A stretch of 64,000 nucleotides of DNA from Podospora anserina (lineage: Eukaryota). Shown here one piece after another: positions 1-10,362 of the stretch. The notes beneath the pieces are model-generated. The model had not been told where the DNA came from, did not search any database, and saw only the letters and a list, made by a program, of their open reading frames with translations. Each line of letters begins with the position of its first letter. Position 1 is the first letter of the stretch. The stretch is taken from assembly GCA_017654855.1 (NCBI GenBank), contig CM030332.1, positions 6,510,001 through 6,574,000 on the forward strand, given 5' to 3'. Position numbers and translations under genes: made by a program.

Positions 1-59
1 CGGTACTTACTTCCTTTCAGAACGGGGTCTGAATATTTGGCTCATTCTGTGCGTCACAG

Positions 60-527
60 ATCCCCATCCGCATCGCCGGCGTCGACGCCCCCGAAGGCGG
101 TCACTTTGGCCGAACCGCTCAGCCCTTTGCTGCCGAAGCACAAAAGTTTCTGGACAGCCACATCCTCAACCGCCGAGTCCGCGCCTATGTTTGGAGACGC
201 GACCAATATGACAGAATCGTGGCCACCGTTTATGTCCGACGGCCGCCATTCTTTCAACGAAAAGACGTCTCGATGGAGCTGCTCAAGCAGGGATTCGCAA
301 CTACGTACGAGGCCAAGACGGGCGCTGAGTTTGGCGGGCCGTCCAAGGAGATCGAATACAAAGTTGCCGAGGAGGTGGCAAGACAGAAAGGGAAGGGGAT
401 GTGGTCCCTTGAGAAGGGAGGCGGGTTTTTCCATCCGAGCAAAAAAGCCCGGGCGATTGAGAGCCCGATGGCATACAAGAGGCGAGTGAAGCTAGCGGAG
501 GAGCCGCAACGCAAGTTGGATTCGTGA
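60..527 (+). CDS. LCL3: Lcl3-like staphylococcal-nuclease (SNase) family endonuclease, last exon (gene starts before the window)
   Basis: An intron-like segment at 3..59 (GTACTT...CACAG) is followed by the frame [17 protein letters not shown]...[14 protein letters not shown]...[14 protein letters not shown]...[22 protein letters not shown], DQYxR and G+W are SNase motifs. Stop TGA at 525-527. Confidence 0.85.
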   Translation: MPIRIAGVDAPEGGHFGRTAQPFAAEAQKFLDSHILNRRVRAYVWRRDQYDRIVATVYVRRPPFFQRKDVSMELLKQGFATTYEAKTGAEFGGPSKEIEYKVAEEVARQKGKGMWSLEKGGGFFHPSKKARAIESPMAYKRRVKLAEEPQRKLDS

Positions 528-3291
528 ATATAGCGGAAGGCATGATGGAACGTTTTGATACCCATAACGAAGATATGTTGGTTCTGTTTCGAACAGAGCT
601 GTTCCGCACAGCGATCCCCGTGAACCTCTTGCCGTCACTCATCAGAGTGGATTGTGGTTGTTTGATTCTCGCGAAGAAACGGTTGCTACCTCGACCACAA
701 CGAAGAGCAAAGCTGGACATGTAGTCAAGAGGTTGTCTTATGCCGGGCTATACTATGCCATCCATGGTTTTATGGCCAGAATCTCATGACAACTGGTAAT
801 GTTTGTTTTAGTGCTGTTTATAGCACTGATGCTCCCCGCCCACAAATGGTAGGTTTGTGGTTGTAGTAGAAACGAATCGACAGGACCAGAGCTTGACATT
901 GTTTTGCATAAGCCTCCCAATGCGCGTCCGCATCCCGGGTATCAGATCGTGCTTGACAGGCAACGCACGTGTGATCAGCACCGGAGATCTGTCAAGGCGA
1001 TGATGAGTGGTTCCGGACGACAGAGTACAGATCTGATAGAGGGGTATAGTAATAATGGTATGCTTATATTTCTGAGGTATAGAAACACTTCCCGCTTTCG
1101 ACTACCAGGTTGACGGCAGAACCACTCCGGTGGTCTACGACAGCTGCTGGGTTGCGGCGGTTGAGCTCACCGCCGAAACAACCCAGAAGCTTTCGGAAAC
1201 ACAAGTCGCGCACTAGCTGCCGGCGTGTGCGCAAGAGTTGAGGTGAAGCTTTCCAGATGAGATGACATCGAGCTCTGCAGCACAGTGGATCTTTCAAGAT
1301 GCAAATCAATACCAACTCATGCCATTTCGAACAAAGGCCATCAAAAAAGACTCCAAAACCACATCGCGATGATGCTCAGTTGTAGCTGAGGGACAAAGAA
1401 GTGGTTGGGTCAACCAACCCCTGCCAAGCCGCATCTTGATGCATGTCGGCCAATGAGATCAACGGTGCCATGTGGGAGCATCGAACGAACCCCGGGAACC
1501 CCCTGAGTCCGGCAGCGTGGAATGGCTCCAGTCGACGGCAGAGGACAAGCAGCGGTTTCCCCTCACCCATCCCGTTGGAATGTGAAAATCTTCCTTTTGT
1601 CTCCCAGGACGTAGAGGGGTTGAACAAACAAAACAAATCGGGGGGACACCTAGTGAGGACGACAGCGACACTCTTTTTCTCTGCGGCAAACTTCCGGCTT
1701 CCATTCGTTCTTTTCTTGTTACATGCAGCCGGTCGGCACCCGAAACTTCAACTGCTCAAGCGACTCCTCACCTCACATTCTTTCGACGTGTTTTTTCTGC
1801 GCTCTGTGTTTGCGTTGCCGCTCATTCTGCCCCAATCGAAACCTCACACAGTAAGGGTGCAACCCCTGATCACCACCACAAGACACAAGTCTCTGACAAG
1901 AGCACTCGCAACCCAGGACTTTGCAACCCACGGCCCTACCGTTCGTTTATACCTGGCCAAATTGTCGTCACACTCAATCGCGATCCGCAGTTACCGATAA
2001 TCGACGACTGCTACGCTCTATTTGGAGGCGTTGAAACCACCCAACCCACGGTCCACCTCCGACAATCATCTCTGAATAGCAACACGTCCCTTCTCAAAGG
2101 CAAAAGAGTGTATGACTCGGAGGCTTCTTTTTCGCCAACGCGTACTTTTGTTGTTGGGCGGACGGACTGACATCTGACATCTGCTATCCACTGTGGCAGT
2201 CCCCCCCACCCTTTCTTTGGACGGTCCGAAATCCAAATCATCGAGTCGGAAAGCGATCAGCAAAGTCCTAGCAAAACTCTGAGTGTTGCGTTGCTAGAAA
2301 ATCCGAAGGTTCGTGCATCTGTTCAGTTTTTGCATTTCCCCGCCATCACCATCTTCAAGCACACCTCCAAGACCCTCAAAACACGGAAGGCGAGGTACCT
2401 AGCGTTTTTGCATCAGTGCAGCGTTCAGACCTCTCTCTACCCGGGACCTTCACCTTGACCCTCAGTGACCCTGCAGGAGCAATATCGAGCCGTGCGGGTC
2501 CGGTTTCTCAAGAGCGACCTCCGGATATCCACGGGGCTGGCCAGCCTGAGCTTGTTTTTCGCTGGGGAAAAGAGGCGGACAAGTCTCTGGAGACATCTCA
2601 AGCTGTGAATGTTATCTCTTGTGAGAACAAGCAGGCTGCTTGATCACTTGCGATCTCATCCACTCACAAGCTGCACTTATCTTTTCTGGAACCTCTTGGG
2701 TACCTGGACCTTGCCTGTTGGGGTCTAGCGGGATTGCGCTGGCCAGTAGTAGCGCAGCAGCTCAGGTACAGCGAAATTTGAATCCTCCACCCGAAGCAAA
2801 GCAACGCAACCTCGTTGGCAACGGTAGGCGGGGACCAAGTTTGGTTCAGAAAACAGGCTGGCGCCCCAACACCTCCCACCCCAAGCTCCCACTCACATCC
2901 TTTCGTCGCGACTTTTGACGTCGTCAATTTGGCTTACCCCGTGGTCTTTTTAATTTTCTAGTTTCCGCCCTTTGTCACGCTCATTCCCGCAAGTTACCTT
3001 TGACTTATTCTGCGACGACTCCGTTTGCCGCCAATTTCAACCTCCACAATTCCTCTCGCGCTCTCGGCCGGGCCCTCGTGCGACAACCTCATTTAATTTC
3101 GACGCGCACCCGATTTCACAACGTCACCGATCGACCCATATACCCGCAACAGCACCTTGATATGGCCCCTCATCCTTGACAGCTTGGACTGCCCACCGAT
3201 TGACCTCGAGCACATCGCCTGCTCGCCGGTCTCCAAGCACATTCTTACTTTTCTTCCTTAATTAATACTCAAATCACCAAATCGATACGAG

Positions 3292-6200
3292 ATGCGGTTA
3301 CCATCACGGCGGCACCATGCCGCGCCACGACGAATGACCACGACTTCGGCCTTTTTACTTCTCGCCTTGTCGTCATTGTCGAGCGCCATCACATTCACCC
3401 CAGCTCCTGCGGCAAACCTCGACTTCTCCAAACTCGGCCGAGTAGCTCTGGCCGGTGACTTCTCGGGGATTTCGCTCTACGAATTCGAGGGGCAGAATGA
3501 GAGGCCATACAGCACCAATGGCAGCGAACAGCTCCTCGCGAGGATGCCCAACGGCGCCTTCGCCCCAGTCGCCAACACCGACGCGACGATCCGAACAATG
3601 TGCGCCTTCGAGGTCGGCGGACGTACTGTTGTGATGGTTGGCGGGAATTTCACGAGCATTGGAGCGGTTGACTCCGAGGTTCAGCAGTCGCCTGGCATGG
3701 CACTTTTCGACCCAGCGACAGCCGAGATTACGCCCTTACCGGGGCTCTCTGGCCAGGTCAATGCAGTGCTGTGCGATCAGCAAGCAAATATTGTGTATGT
3801 CGGTGGAAGCTTTGTGGGTGCGAACTCAACCAATGCGATTGCTTGGCAAGGAGAATCACAAACATGGACGAATCTCCCATTTGCGGGGTTTAATGGACCG
3901 GTAGCGTCGATAAGCAAGGCGTCCAACGGGAACATCATCTTCGGCGGCAGTTTCACGGGTCTGGGAAATGCGAGTGCTCCAAGCACGCCAGATGGCCAAG
4001 TCATCAACCTGTCGACAGCAAGCATTAGCAGCGGTTCTTCGACTTCTACCCAGGGTTTCAGTGATCCGAGAAATATCATTTGCAAGACTGGCGGAGCTGA
4101 CGGCGCAGGAAGCACCTGGTTGCTCCAGGACGGCACCCCGGGCTTCTGGTCCGCCAAGTTCGGATTCGGATTCCAGCCCACCAAATTACGCCTTTACAAC
4201 ACTCGCCAGGATGGCAGGGGAACACAGACATGGCGGTTCACGGCTCTGCCCATCAACGGGATTATGAACTTCACCTATATCGACCCAGCCACCCAGACAA
4301 ATAAGAGCTGCACGAGCGAATGCCCACTCAGCAACCACCCGGATCTCAAATTTCAAGATTTCCACTTTGTCAACGTCATTGGCATGAACGAGTTCCGCAT
4401 CGACATTTCGAGGTTCTACGGCAGTGGTGGGGGTTTGAACGGGATTGAACTGTTCGCGGACGATATCTACTCGTATGCCATCAACGATTTCAACGAGCCA
4501 GCATGCGCAGGCGGCGAATTCCCATCGGAAGCGACTATCACTGGACCTTGGACAGCTACGCCTTCTCAACAAAGCACCTCTGAATATCTTACTGCCCGCC
4601 TTTCTGGACCTATTACTAATACTTCGGCGTCTGTGGTGTTCACTCCGGATATTCGGGAATCCGGCCACTACTCGCTCAACCTTTACACCCCTGGTTGTTT
4701 GCAGGACAACACGTGCTCTACCCGTGGCCGTGTCAAGCTTACCGGACAGATGACAGCTGATCGCACCAAGAGTGAGCCAATCGACCTGGATCTCTACCAG
4801 ACCAACAACTATGACAAGTACGACCAGATTTACTTCGGCGCCGTCGATGCTAGCTCAGGTAGCTTCCGCCCCCGTGTCACCATGACCCCTCTTGCCGGAC
4901 AGTCCTTGGACGAGATGACGTTTGTCGCACAGCGCATTAGCTTCACCTTGATTAATAGCACAGGTGGTCTGAATGGGCTGTACGAGTACACGCCTGGCAG
5001 AGCAGTCAATGCGAGCGATTTCATGAGCTCTGCTTTCAACCGCTTGGGAGCTAGTTTCAGGACCGGCTCCGTCGTTAACGCTCTTGCGACGTCAGGTGAC
5101 ACCACCTATATTGCTGGCAACTTTAGCGCCGGCAATGTTCGAAACATCGTTGCACTGCAGGGCAACGACGCCAACCCCAGACAGCTCGGTGGCACTCTGA
5201 ATGGCGAGGTCGAGTCGTTGTTTCTTAACGGGACCAACCTCTTTGTGGGTGGCGGTTTTAACGGCACTGTCAGCGGCTCCTCAGCTGGGCTAAGCAATGT
5301 TGCGGTTTACGATACCTCGAGCCGCACCTGGCGTCCCCTGGGCGCTGGCGTCAACGGAATTGTCCAGCACGTGGTTGGTATGACCATGAACATCACCAGC
5401 TCGACACCTGAACTTGTGGTTGCCGTCAATGGAGATTTCGATCAGCTGCGGGCTTTTGGCAACAGTCCGGCTGTTGAGGTGGAGGGGTTTGGCATCTGGG
5501 TTCCCTCTCAAGGGAATTGGTTGCAGAACTTGGACCTGCCGGTTGAGTTGATTGAAGGAATGTTGTCAGCCTCGATTCTCAACGTTGACAGCGAAACCTC
5601 CCTCTATGCCGGCTCGCTTGTCTCCAGGGCTCTTGGCGCCTCGGGAGCCGCGATCCTGGGCGAGGATCTCAGCCGCTTCCCTGTCAAGATCCGCCCTACT
5701 CCAACTGCCTCCAGCACCAGTGCTCTGTCGAAGCGAGATGATGCCCTGGCGGATAAGGGTCTGTCGGGCATCGTCACTGGCGTTTTCGACTCTAGCAACA
5801 GCAGAAACCTCACCATTCTGGGCGGGCACTTTACTGCTACAGATAGCGACGGTTCCGAAATCCACAATCTCGCCATTATTGATGGCGCTGATGGTGATAA
5901 GGTCTCTGGCTTCGGGCAAGAAATCGCCCAGAACTCGACATTTGTCGCCTTGGCTGTGCACGGAGATACTCTATTTGCTGGTGGCAAAGTGAGGGGCAAC
6001 GTGAACGGTGTCAATGTCAGCGGGCTTGTCACCTACAACCTCGCCAGCAAGTCCTTCAACACCCAACCCCAAGCCTTGTCTGGCGATAATGGCACAGTTT
6101 CTGCTATTGCCGTGCGTGGTACCACTGGCGATGTGTACGTCGGAGGATCCTTCAGATCGGCTGGCTCTTTGGGCTGCAACGGTGTCTGCTTCTATAGCAC

Positions 6201-7008
6201 CGCTTCGTCTCAGTGGATTCAGCCTGGACAGAACATGGCCGGTGCTGTTCACTCGCTGATGTGGATTTCCGACAACATCTTGCTTGCTGGCGGCAACCTC
6301 ACAGTCAACAACACCGTCTCGACTTTCCTTGCCACCTACAACACCGAAACCCAAACCTGGGACAACTATCCCGGCGCCAGCAACCTTCCTGGCCCAGTCT
6401 CGGCCCTCACCAAGGGCAACAATGAGGGCACTCACATCTGGGCTACTGGCATCAATACCAATGGCACAGTCTACCTGGCCAAGTCGGATGGCACCACCTG
6501 GCGCTTCGCCGACGAGTCTCTCGAGGCTGGCACAGATATCCGTGGTCTCCAAATATTTTCTCTCACCTCTTCTCACGACAACACTGACCTGATCGATTCC
6601 AGCGAGGCTCTGATGCTTACTGGTTCTATCGTCCTTCCCGGCTTCGGCACAGCATCCGCCGTCCTTTTCGACGGTCAAGATTTCCGGCCATATGCCCTCA
6701 CCAGCAACCGCGGCAACATTGCTGGTACCATTTCCCGCATCTTCACTGAGCACAGCAACTTCTTTGACAAGGGCGGTTCACCACTGCCGCTTGTCTTTGT
6801 CGTGCTCATCGGCTTGGGCATCTCCCTGGCGTTGATGCTGTTAATTGTTGTGGCTGGCTTGCTTCTTGATAGGCTACGCAAGAAGCGCGAGGGGTATGTT
6901 CCTGCTCCAACATCCATGTATGACCGTGGGAGCGGCATTCAAAGGATACCGCCTCATGAGCTGTTGGAGAACTTGAGCAAGGGCCGGTCAGGGGCTCCTC
7001 AGGTTTAG
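3292..7008 (+). CDS. RAX2: Rax2 polarity / bud-site selection membrane glycoprotein, 1238 aa, intronless
   Basis: N-terminal hydrophobic signal, repeated beta-propeller-like (V/Y)VGGxF motifs, many NxS/T sites, the YTPGCLQDNTCSTRG motif, a single C-terminal TM (LVFVVLIGLGISLALMLLIVVAGLLL) and the tail RIPPHELL. Confidence 0.9.
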   Translation: MRLPSRRHHAAPRRMTTTSAFLLLALSSLSSAITFTPAPAANLDFSKLGRVALAGDFSGISLYEFEGQNERPYSTNGSEQLLARMPNGAFAPVANTDATIRTMCAFEVGGRTVVMVGGNFTSIGAVDSEVQQSPGMALFDPATAEITPLPGLSGQVNAVLCDQQANIVYVGGSFVGANSTNAIAWQGESQTWTNLPFAGFNGPVASISKASNGNIIFGGSFTGLGNASAPSTPDGQVINLSTASISSGSSTSTQGFSDPRNIICKTGGADGAGSTWLLQDGTPGFWSAKFGFGFQPTKLRLYNTRQDGRGTQTWRFTALPINGIMNFTYIDPATQTNKSCTSECPLSNHPDLKFQDFHFVNVIGMNEFRIDISRFYGSGGGLNGIELFADDIYSYAINDFNEPACAGGEFPSEATITGPWTATPSQQSTSEYLTARLSGPITNTSASVVFTPDIRESGHYSLNLYTPGCLQDNTCSTRGRVKLTGQMTADRTKSEPIDLDLYQTNNYDKYDQIYFGAVDASSGSFRPRVTMTPLAGQSLDEMTFVAQRISFTLINSTGGLNGLYEYTPGRAVNASDFMSSAFNRLGASFRTGSVVNALATSGDTTYIAGNFSAGNVRNIVALQGNDANPRQLGGTLNGEVESLFLNGTNLFVGGGFNGTVSGSSAGLSNVAVYDTSSRTWRPLGAGVNGIVQHVVGMTMNITSSTPELVVAVNGDFDQLRAFGNSPAVEVEGFGIWVPSQGNWLQNLDLPVELIEGMLSASILNVDSETSLYAGSLVSRALGASGAAILGEDLSRFPVKIRPTPTASSTSALSKRDDALADKGLSGIVTGVFDSSNSRNLTILGGHFTATDSDGSEIHNLAIIDGADGDKVSGFGQEIAQNSTFVALAVHGDTLFAGGKVRGNVNGVNVSGLVTYNLASKSFNTQPQALSGDNGTVSAIAVRGTTGDVYVGGSFRSAGSLGCNGVCFYSTASSQWIQPGQNMAGAVHSLMWISDNILLAGGNLTVNNTVSTFLATYNTETQTWDNYPGASNLPGPVSALTKGNNEGTHIWATGINTNGTVYLAKSDGTTWRFADESLEAGTDIRGLQIFSLTSSHDNTDLIDSSEALMLTGSIVLPGFGTASAVLFDGQDFRPYALTSNRGNIAGTISRIFTEHSNFFDKGGSPLPLVFVVLIGLGISLALMLLIVVAGLLLDRLRKKREGYVPAPTSMYDRGSGIQRIPPHELLENLSKGRSGAPQV

Positions 7009-8057
7009 AGAAGGTTTAAAAAGAGAGAAGAGAGTTTCATGCCGCGCATATCTGGGTTTGGGTTTGATGGCGTTACAGCGTTTACAAAAAAGGGGGTGCA
7101 ATGCAAAGGGTCCTGATACCACTGGTTTCTTTTTTATTTTCTTTTTGTTTTAAAGACGGGGATTCAGCATTTGGCGTTTGGAATTTTCGTATTGATGAGC
7201 ATCACATCATACCAAGGCCGTCTATGAGAGGGGGTACACCATCATGGGAAGGAGGAGAAGGGGGAAGATAATGGTAGGAGGGGGGCAAAGCAAAGTGGGC
7301 TTTTATTTCGTTTCTTACCCATCATTTGGCGTTTACGTCCAGATTTCTTTTTGACTTTCGATTCTTTACATCTTACAGTACTTTACGTCCGTTCTCTTGA
7401 CGAAGCAAATGTCTTGACGATAGCTGTTTGTCGATGGGGAGGGTGGATGAAGGTTAACAACGGCTTTTTTTCTTTCGATTCTTAATGTTTAACCTTGTAA
7501 CTATACTACCCACATACCCTACCCTCTCTGTACCATTTTCCCGACGCCAGAAAAAGGAGCGAGATGAAAAGGGGAAGTGGGAGAGAGATAGGAGGGACAG
7601 GATAAATTTTGAGGGGAAAGGGGGGGGGAGAACTTATGTGTTATTATATTATTTGGGGCTTTGTAGATAGCTTTTTGGGGTGTGTGGAGGTGAAAGGGGT
7701 TAGCTCTGGGAGGAGTAGGAGAGAATAGAAGATGGTGTATCTTACCTGCTTGATGCCTTTGATCAGTGCTTGTGGTCTTGTGTGTGCATTTCAGCATTTA
7801 CTCGGGATCTCGCCGATGTCTACCATTTGGTCAAGTCTTTGTCGCGCACGTCACCACCTCAACCGACCTACACAGCATCGGTTCCATCGTTTCCACCTTG
7901 TGCCATGACTCAAGTGCTAGGCAATTCTGGACAGCTTGTTCTTTTCATTGAAATGTATCACAAAAATGTTTTTTCAGCCCTGAAAGAAGGTTGGTCACTG
8001 ACCGAGTCATGAAACACAAAATCACTCACCAAACTCCACATCAACAACACCCACAAA

Positions 8058-8159
8058 GCCCGATTAGCTCAGCTGGTTAGAGCGTCGTACTAATATTGCT
8101 CTCTCAGAGTCAATATCAAGTCAATGCGAAGGTCAACAGTTCAATCCTGTTATTGGGCA
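8058..8159 (+). tRNA. tRNA-Ile(AAT) with a 28-nt intron (8096..8123)
   Basis: Acceptor stem GCCCGAT/ATTGGGC, A-box TAGCTCAGCTGG, anticodon stem TCGTA/TGCGA with loop CT-AAT-A interrupted after position 37, T-arm AACAG-TTCAATC-CTGTT, discriminator A, and a T5 run just downstream. Confidence 0.92.
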
Positions 8160-9222
8160 ATTCCACTCTCTTTTGGTAATGAATGTGGGGTGGGGTTGGC
8201 TTTTTTGAGTGATGATGTTTAGGGGTTCCCTTGATGTGTTGGGTAAGGTAGCTGGCAGTTGTGAGAGATATATTGGGGAAGGGGTTTGATGTATGCATTG
8301 TTAGCTGCTCCAAGAGCTTTGCTCTGTTGTCTTGCTCAGTTGGTTCAGTTTCTAGTGCTGGTCTTTAATCAAGTAATTGTGATGGGGCAAACTGCAGTTC
8401 AACAAGGTGTTGAGGATGGGTGAAATATTTCAATACAGTCTTTGAAGGCAATAGCTAGGTAGGCTTTTATCGAGAGATAGCTGACTTTGTTTGCCGAGTT
8501 GTGGAGTTGCCATTGGGGGAGGTTGAACTTGGTGGAAGATGCTGGGATTCTCCCATCATGCTCACACAGAACCTGATGTCTTGATTTAAACATGGAGCGA
8601 TAATTGTATCTTGGGTAGCTCTATCCAGGATGGTGGGTTAAAGTGGTAATGTGTGAATGTGGTAATTTGTGAATGTGCTGATGGACACTTGTGTAAATCT
8701 GTTAAAGAGAAGAGGTTTACCGCCTCTCTTCCCGAGAGCAAATAGACATCATGATACGCGTGAACTCAGTTTCCATTATCCTAGAAAAGCAGATTCAAGT
8801 GGGGAGAGATTCTTCTTTGCAGCTCATATTACCTCTCGGGTACTTTTACTCTCCTCTATCGTTGACCTAACATAGCAATACCTGGTGTTGAGTATCTGGG
8901 AGGGGTGGAGTTATTTGAGTTACTCTTCACTCTGCTCTCTCTTTACATGATACATCAGAAAGATACTGTATGTGAAGAGAATCGCTGGCGGGATGCGATA
9001 CTGTGAGGTGGGCATCTGTCAGTGACCAGGCAACTGGGGCAGAAATGATTGCTCCTACCAGTTCGAAGTCTATCTGGGAACTTGGGGAAAGGACTATTGA
9101 GACAGAAGGCAAGAGCTGTCGTGACAAGAAGGCAGAAGCCACTGTAACAGGAGGCAAGAGCCATCATGGAGTGAGGAGAGGTCATTATGTCATTTTCTTT
9201 ATTAGGCGTGGATGAAAATCGC

Positions 9223-9345
9223 AAAGGGGTTCTGTTAAAGCTGGTTTCCCACAAAGAGGTCAGTCCAAAGAGGTCCCGCCAAAAGGGGTCGTGTGAAAAG
9301 GGGTCCTCCCAAAAAGAGGTCTGCTAAGAAGGGGCCCGTTCAACT
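9223..9345 (+). repeat. Degenerate ~15-nt tandem repeat (core AAAG[A/G]GGTC), about 8 units
   Basis: Visible periodic units, e.g. aaaggggttc, aaagaggtca, aaagaggtcc, aaaggggtcg, aaaggggtcc, aaagaggtct, gaaggggccc. Confidence 0.7.
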
Positions 9346-10318
9346 GAAGTAAGCTATCAATCAATAAGGATCAATCTAGACTGGTTCCAACCAGAAGAGG
9401 TCAGGCAAAAAGAGTCAGTCAAAGGGGACTCAGTATAAGCAGGTCTAGACCAACAAAAAAAGGTATTGTCGATTGGATGTTTGCCCAGTCGTTGCTACAA
9501 GAGGGTCACACCCAATAGGTCCGGTCTTTACTGGTAGATGGAAGTTTAGTGAGGTAATCTCAAATCAACACCGCCTGTTCACCTTTCATGCTCTGCTTCC
9601 AATACAGATACTGCCGACAGATACCTGCTCTATTCCCGGGTATCAAGGTGTTTGGTAGTTGCGGTCCTCTGCAAATAGAAGCTGGTATCCAAAAAGATGT
9701 TACCTAATCTTTTACTGCCCCCATAGGTAACCAACCTTCACCATCACCATTTTCCCACCTCAGACAAGACGCAGTAAGCTGTGCAGACACCATCCCACAC
9801 TAACCCACCCCATTCAAGCCCTGCGCAAGATTTTCATTCCCAAAAGATACACCCCAAATCCAGGAAAGGCAGGTAGACACACCTTCGAGCAGGCAAAGAA
9901 AACTCCGGGTTCGTCCTTGTCACACAACACACACATCATCACCGCGCAATCATCCTCTTCGCCACCACGCCAGCCCTGCCTTGTTTCCTTCTGGATGTCG
10001 TGATATGCCTCGATGTCTCAAACTAAATCCTAGAGCTAAGCCTCACATGAGGGATAGAGGCTTGGTCTTACTCATTCTTTGCTCCTGAATTTGGTGATCT
10101 TCCTCCCCACTTCAACACATTACCTACCTTTACTATCTTGGTTGCTTGAGGGTTGGGGCATAATCACTGACGATAATTATGATGACGATGGTGTGGATAC
10201 GACCCTTTTCCAAGTCCAAGTCTTTGTTCATTGGCCCCAGTTGCTGTTTCCCAGTTTTTCACCTCCCAGTTCCCAGTTCCCCTTTCCCCCCTTTCCCAGA
10301 TTCCGGCAAAACCACCTT

Positions 10319-10362
10319 AAAAAAAAAAAAAGGGGGGGGAGGGGGGGGGGGCGTGTGTGTGT
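10319..10362. repeat. Homopolymer / simple-sequence tract (poly-A, poly-G, GT)
   Basis: aaaaaaaaaaaaagggggggaggggggggggg followed by gtgtgtgt. Confidence 0.8.

Noticed and set aside
5971-6753. 260-aa minus-strand ORF and other overlapping ORFs inside RAX2, U2AF65 and FAN1
   Set aside because: These are antisense or alternate-frame shadows of well-supported genes.
9223-9345. Periodic repeat considered as a CRISPR-like array
   Set aside because: Units are short, degenerate and nearly contiguous without unique ~30-nt spacers; the context is eukaryotic and there are no cas genes.
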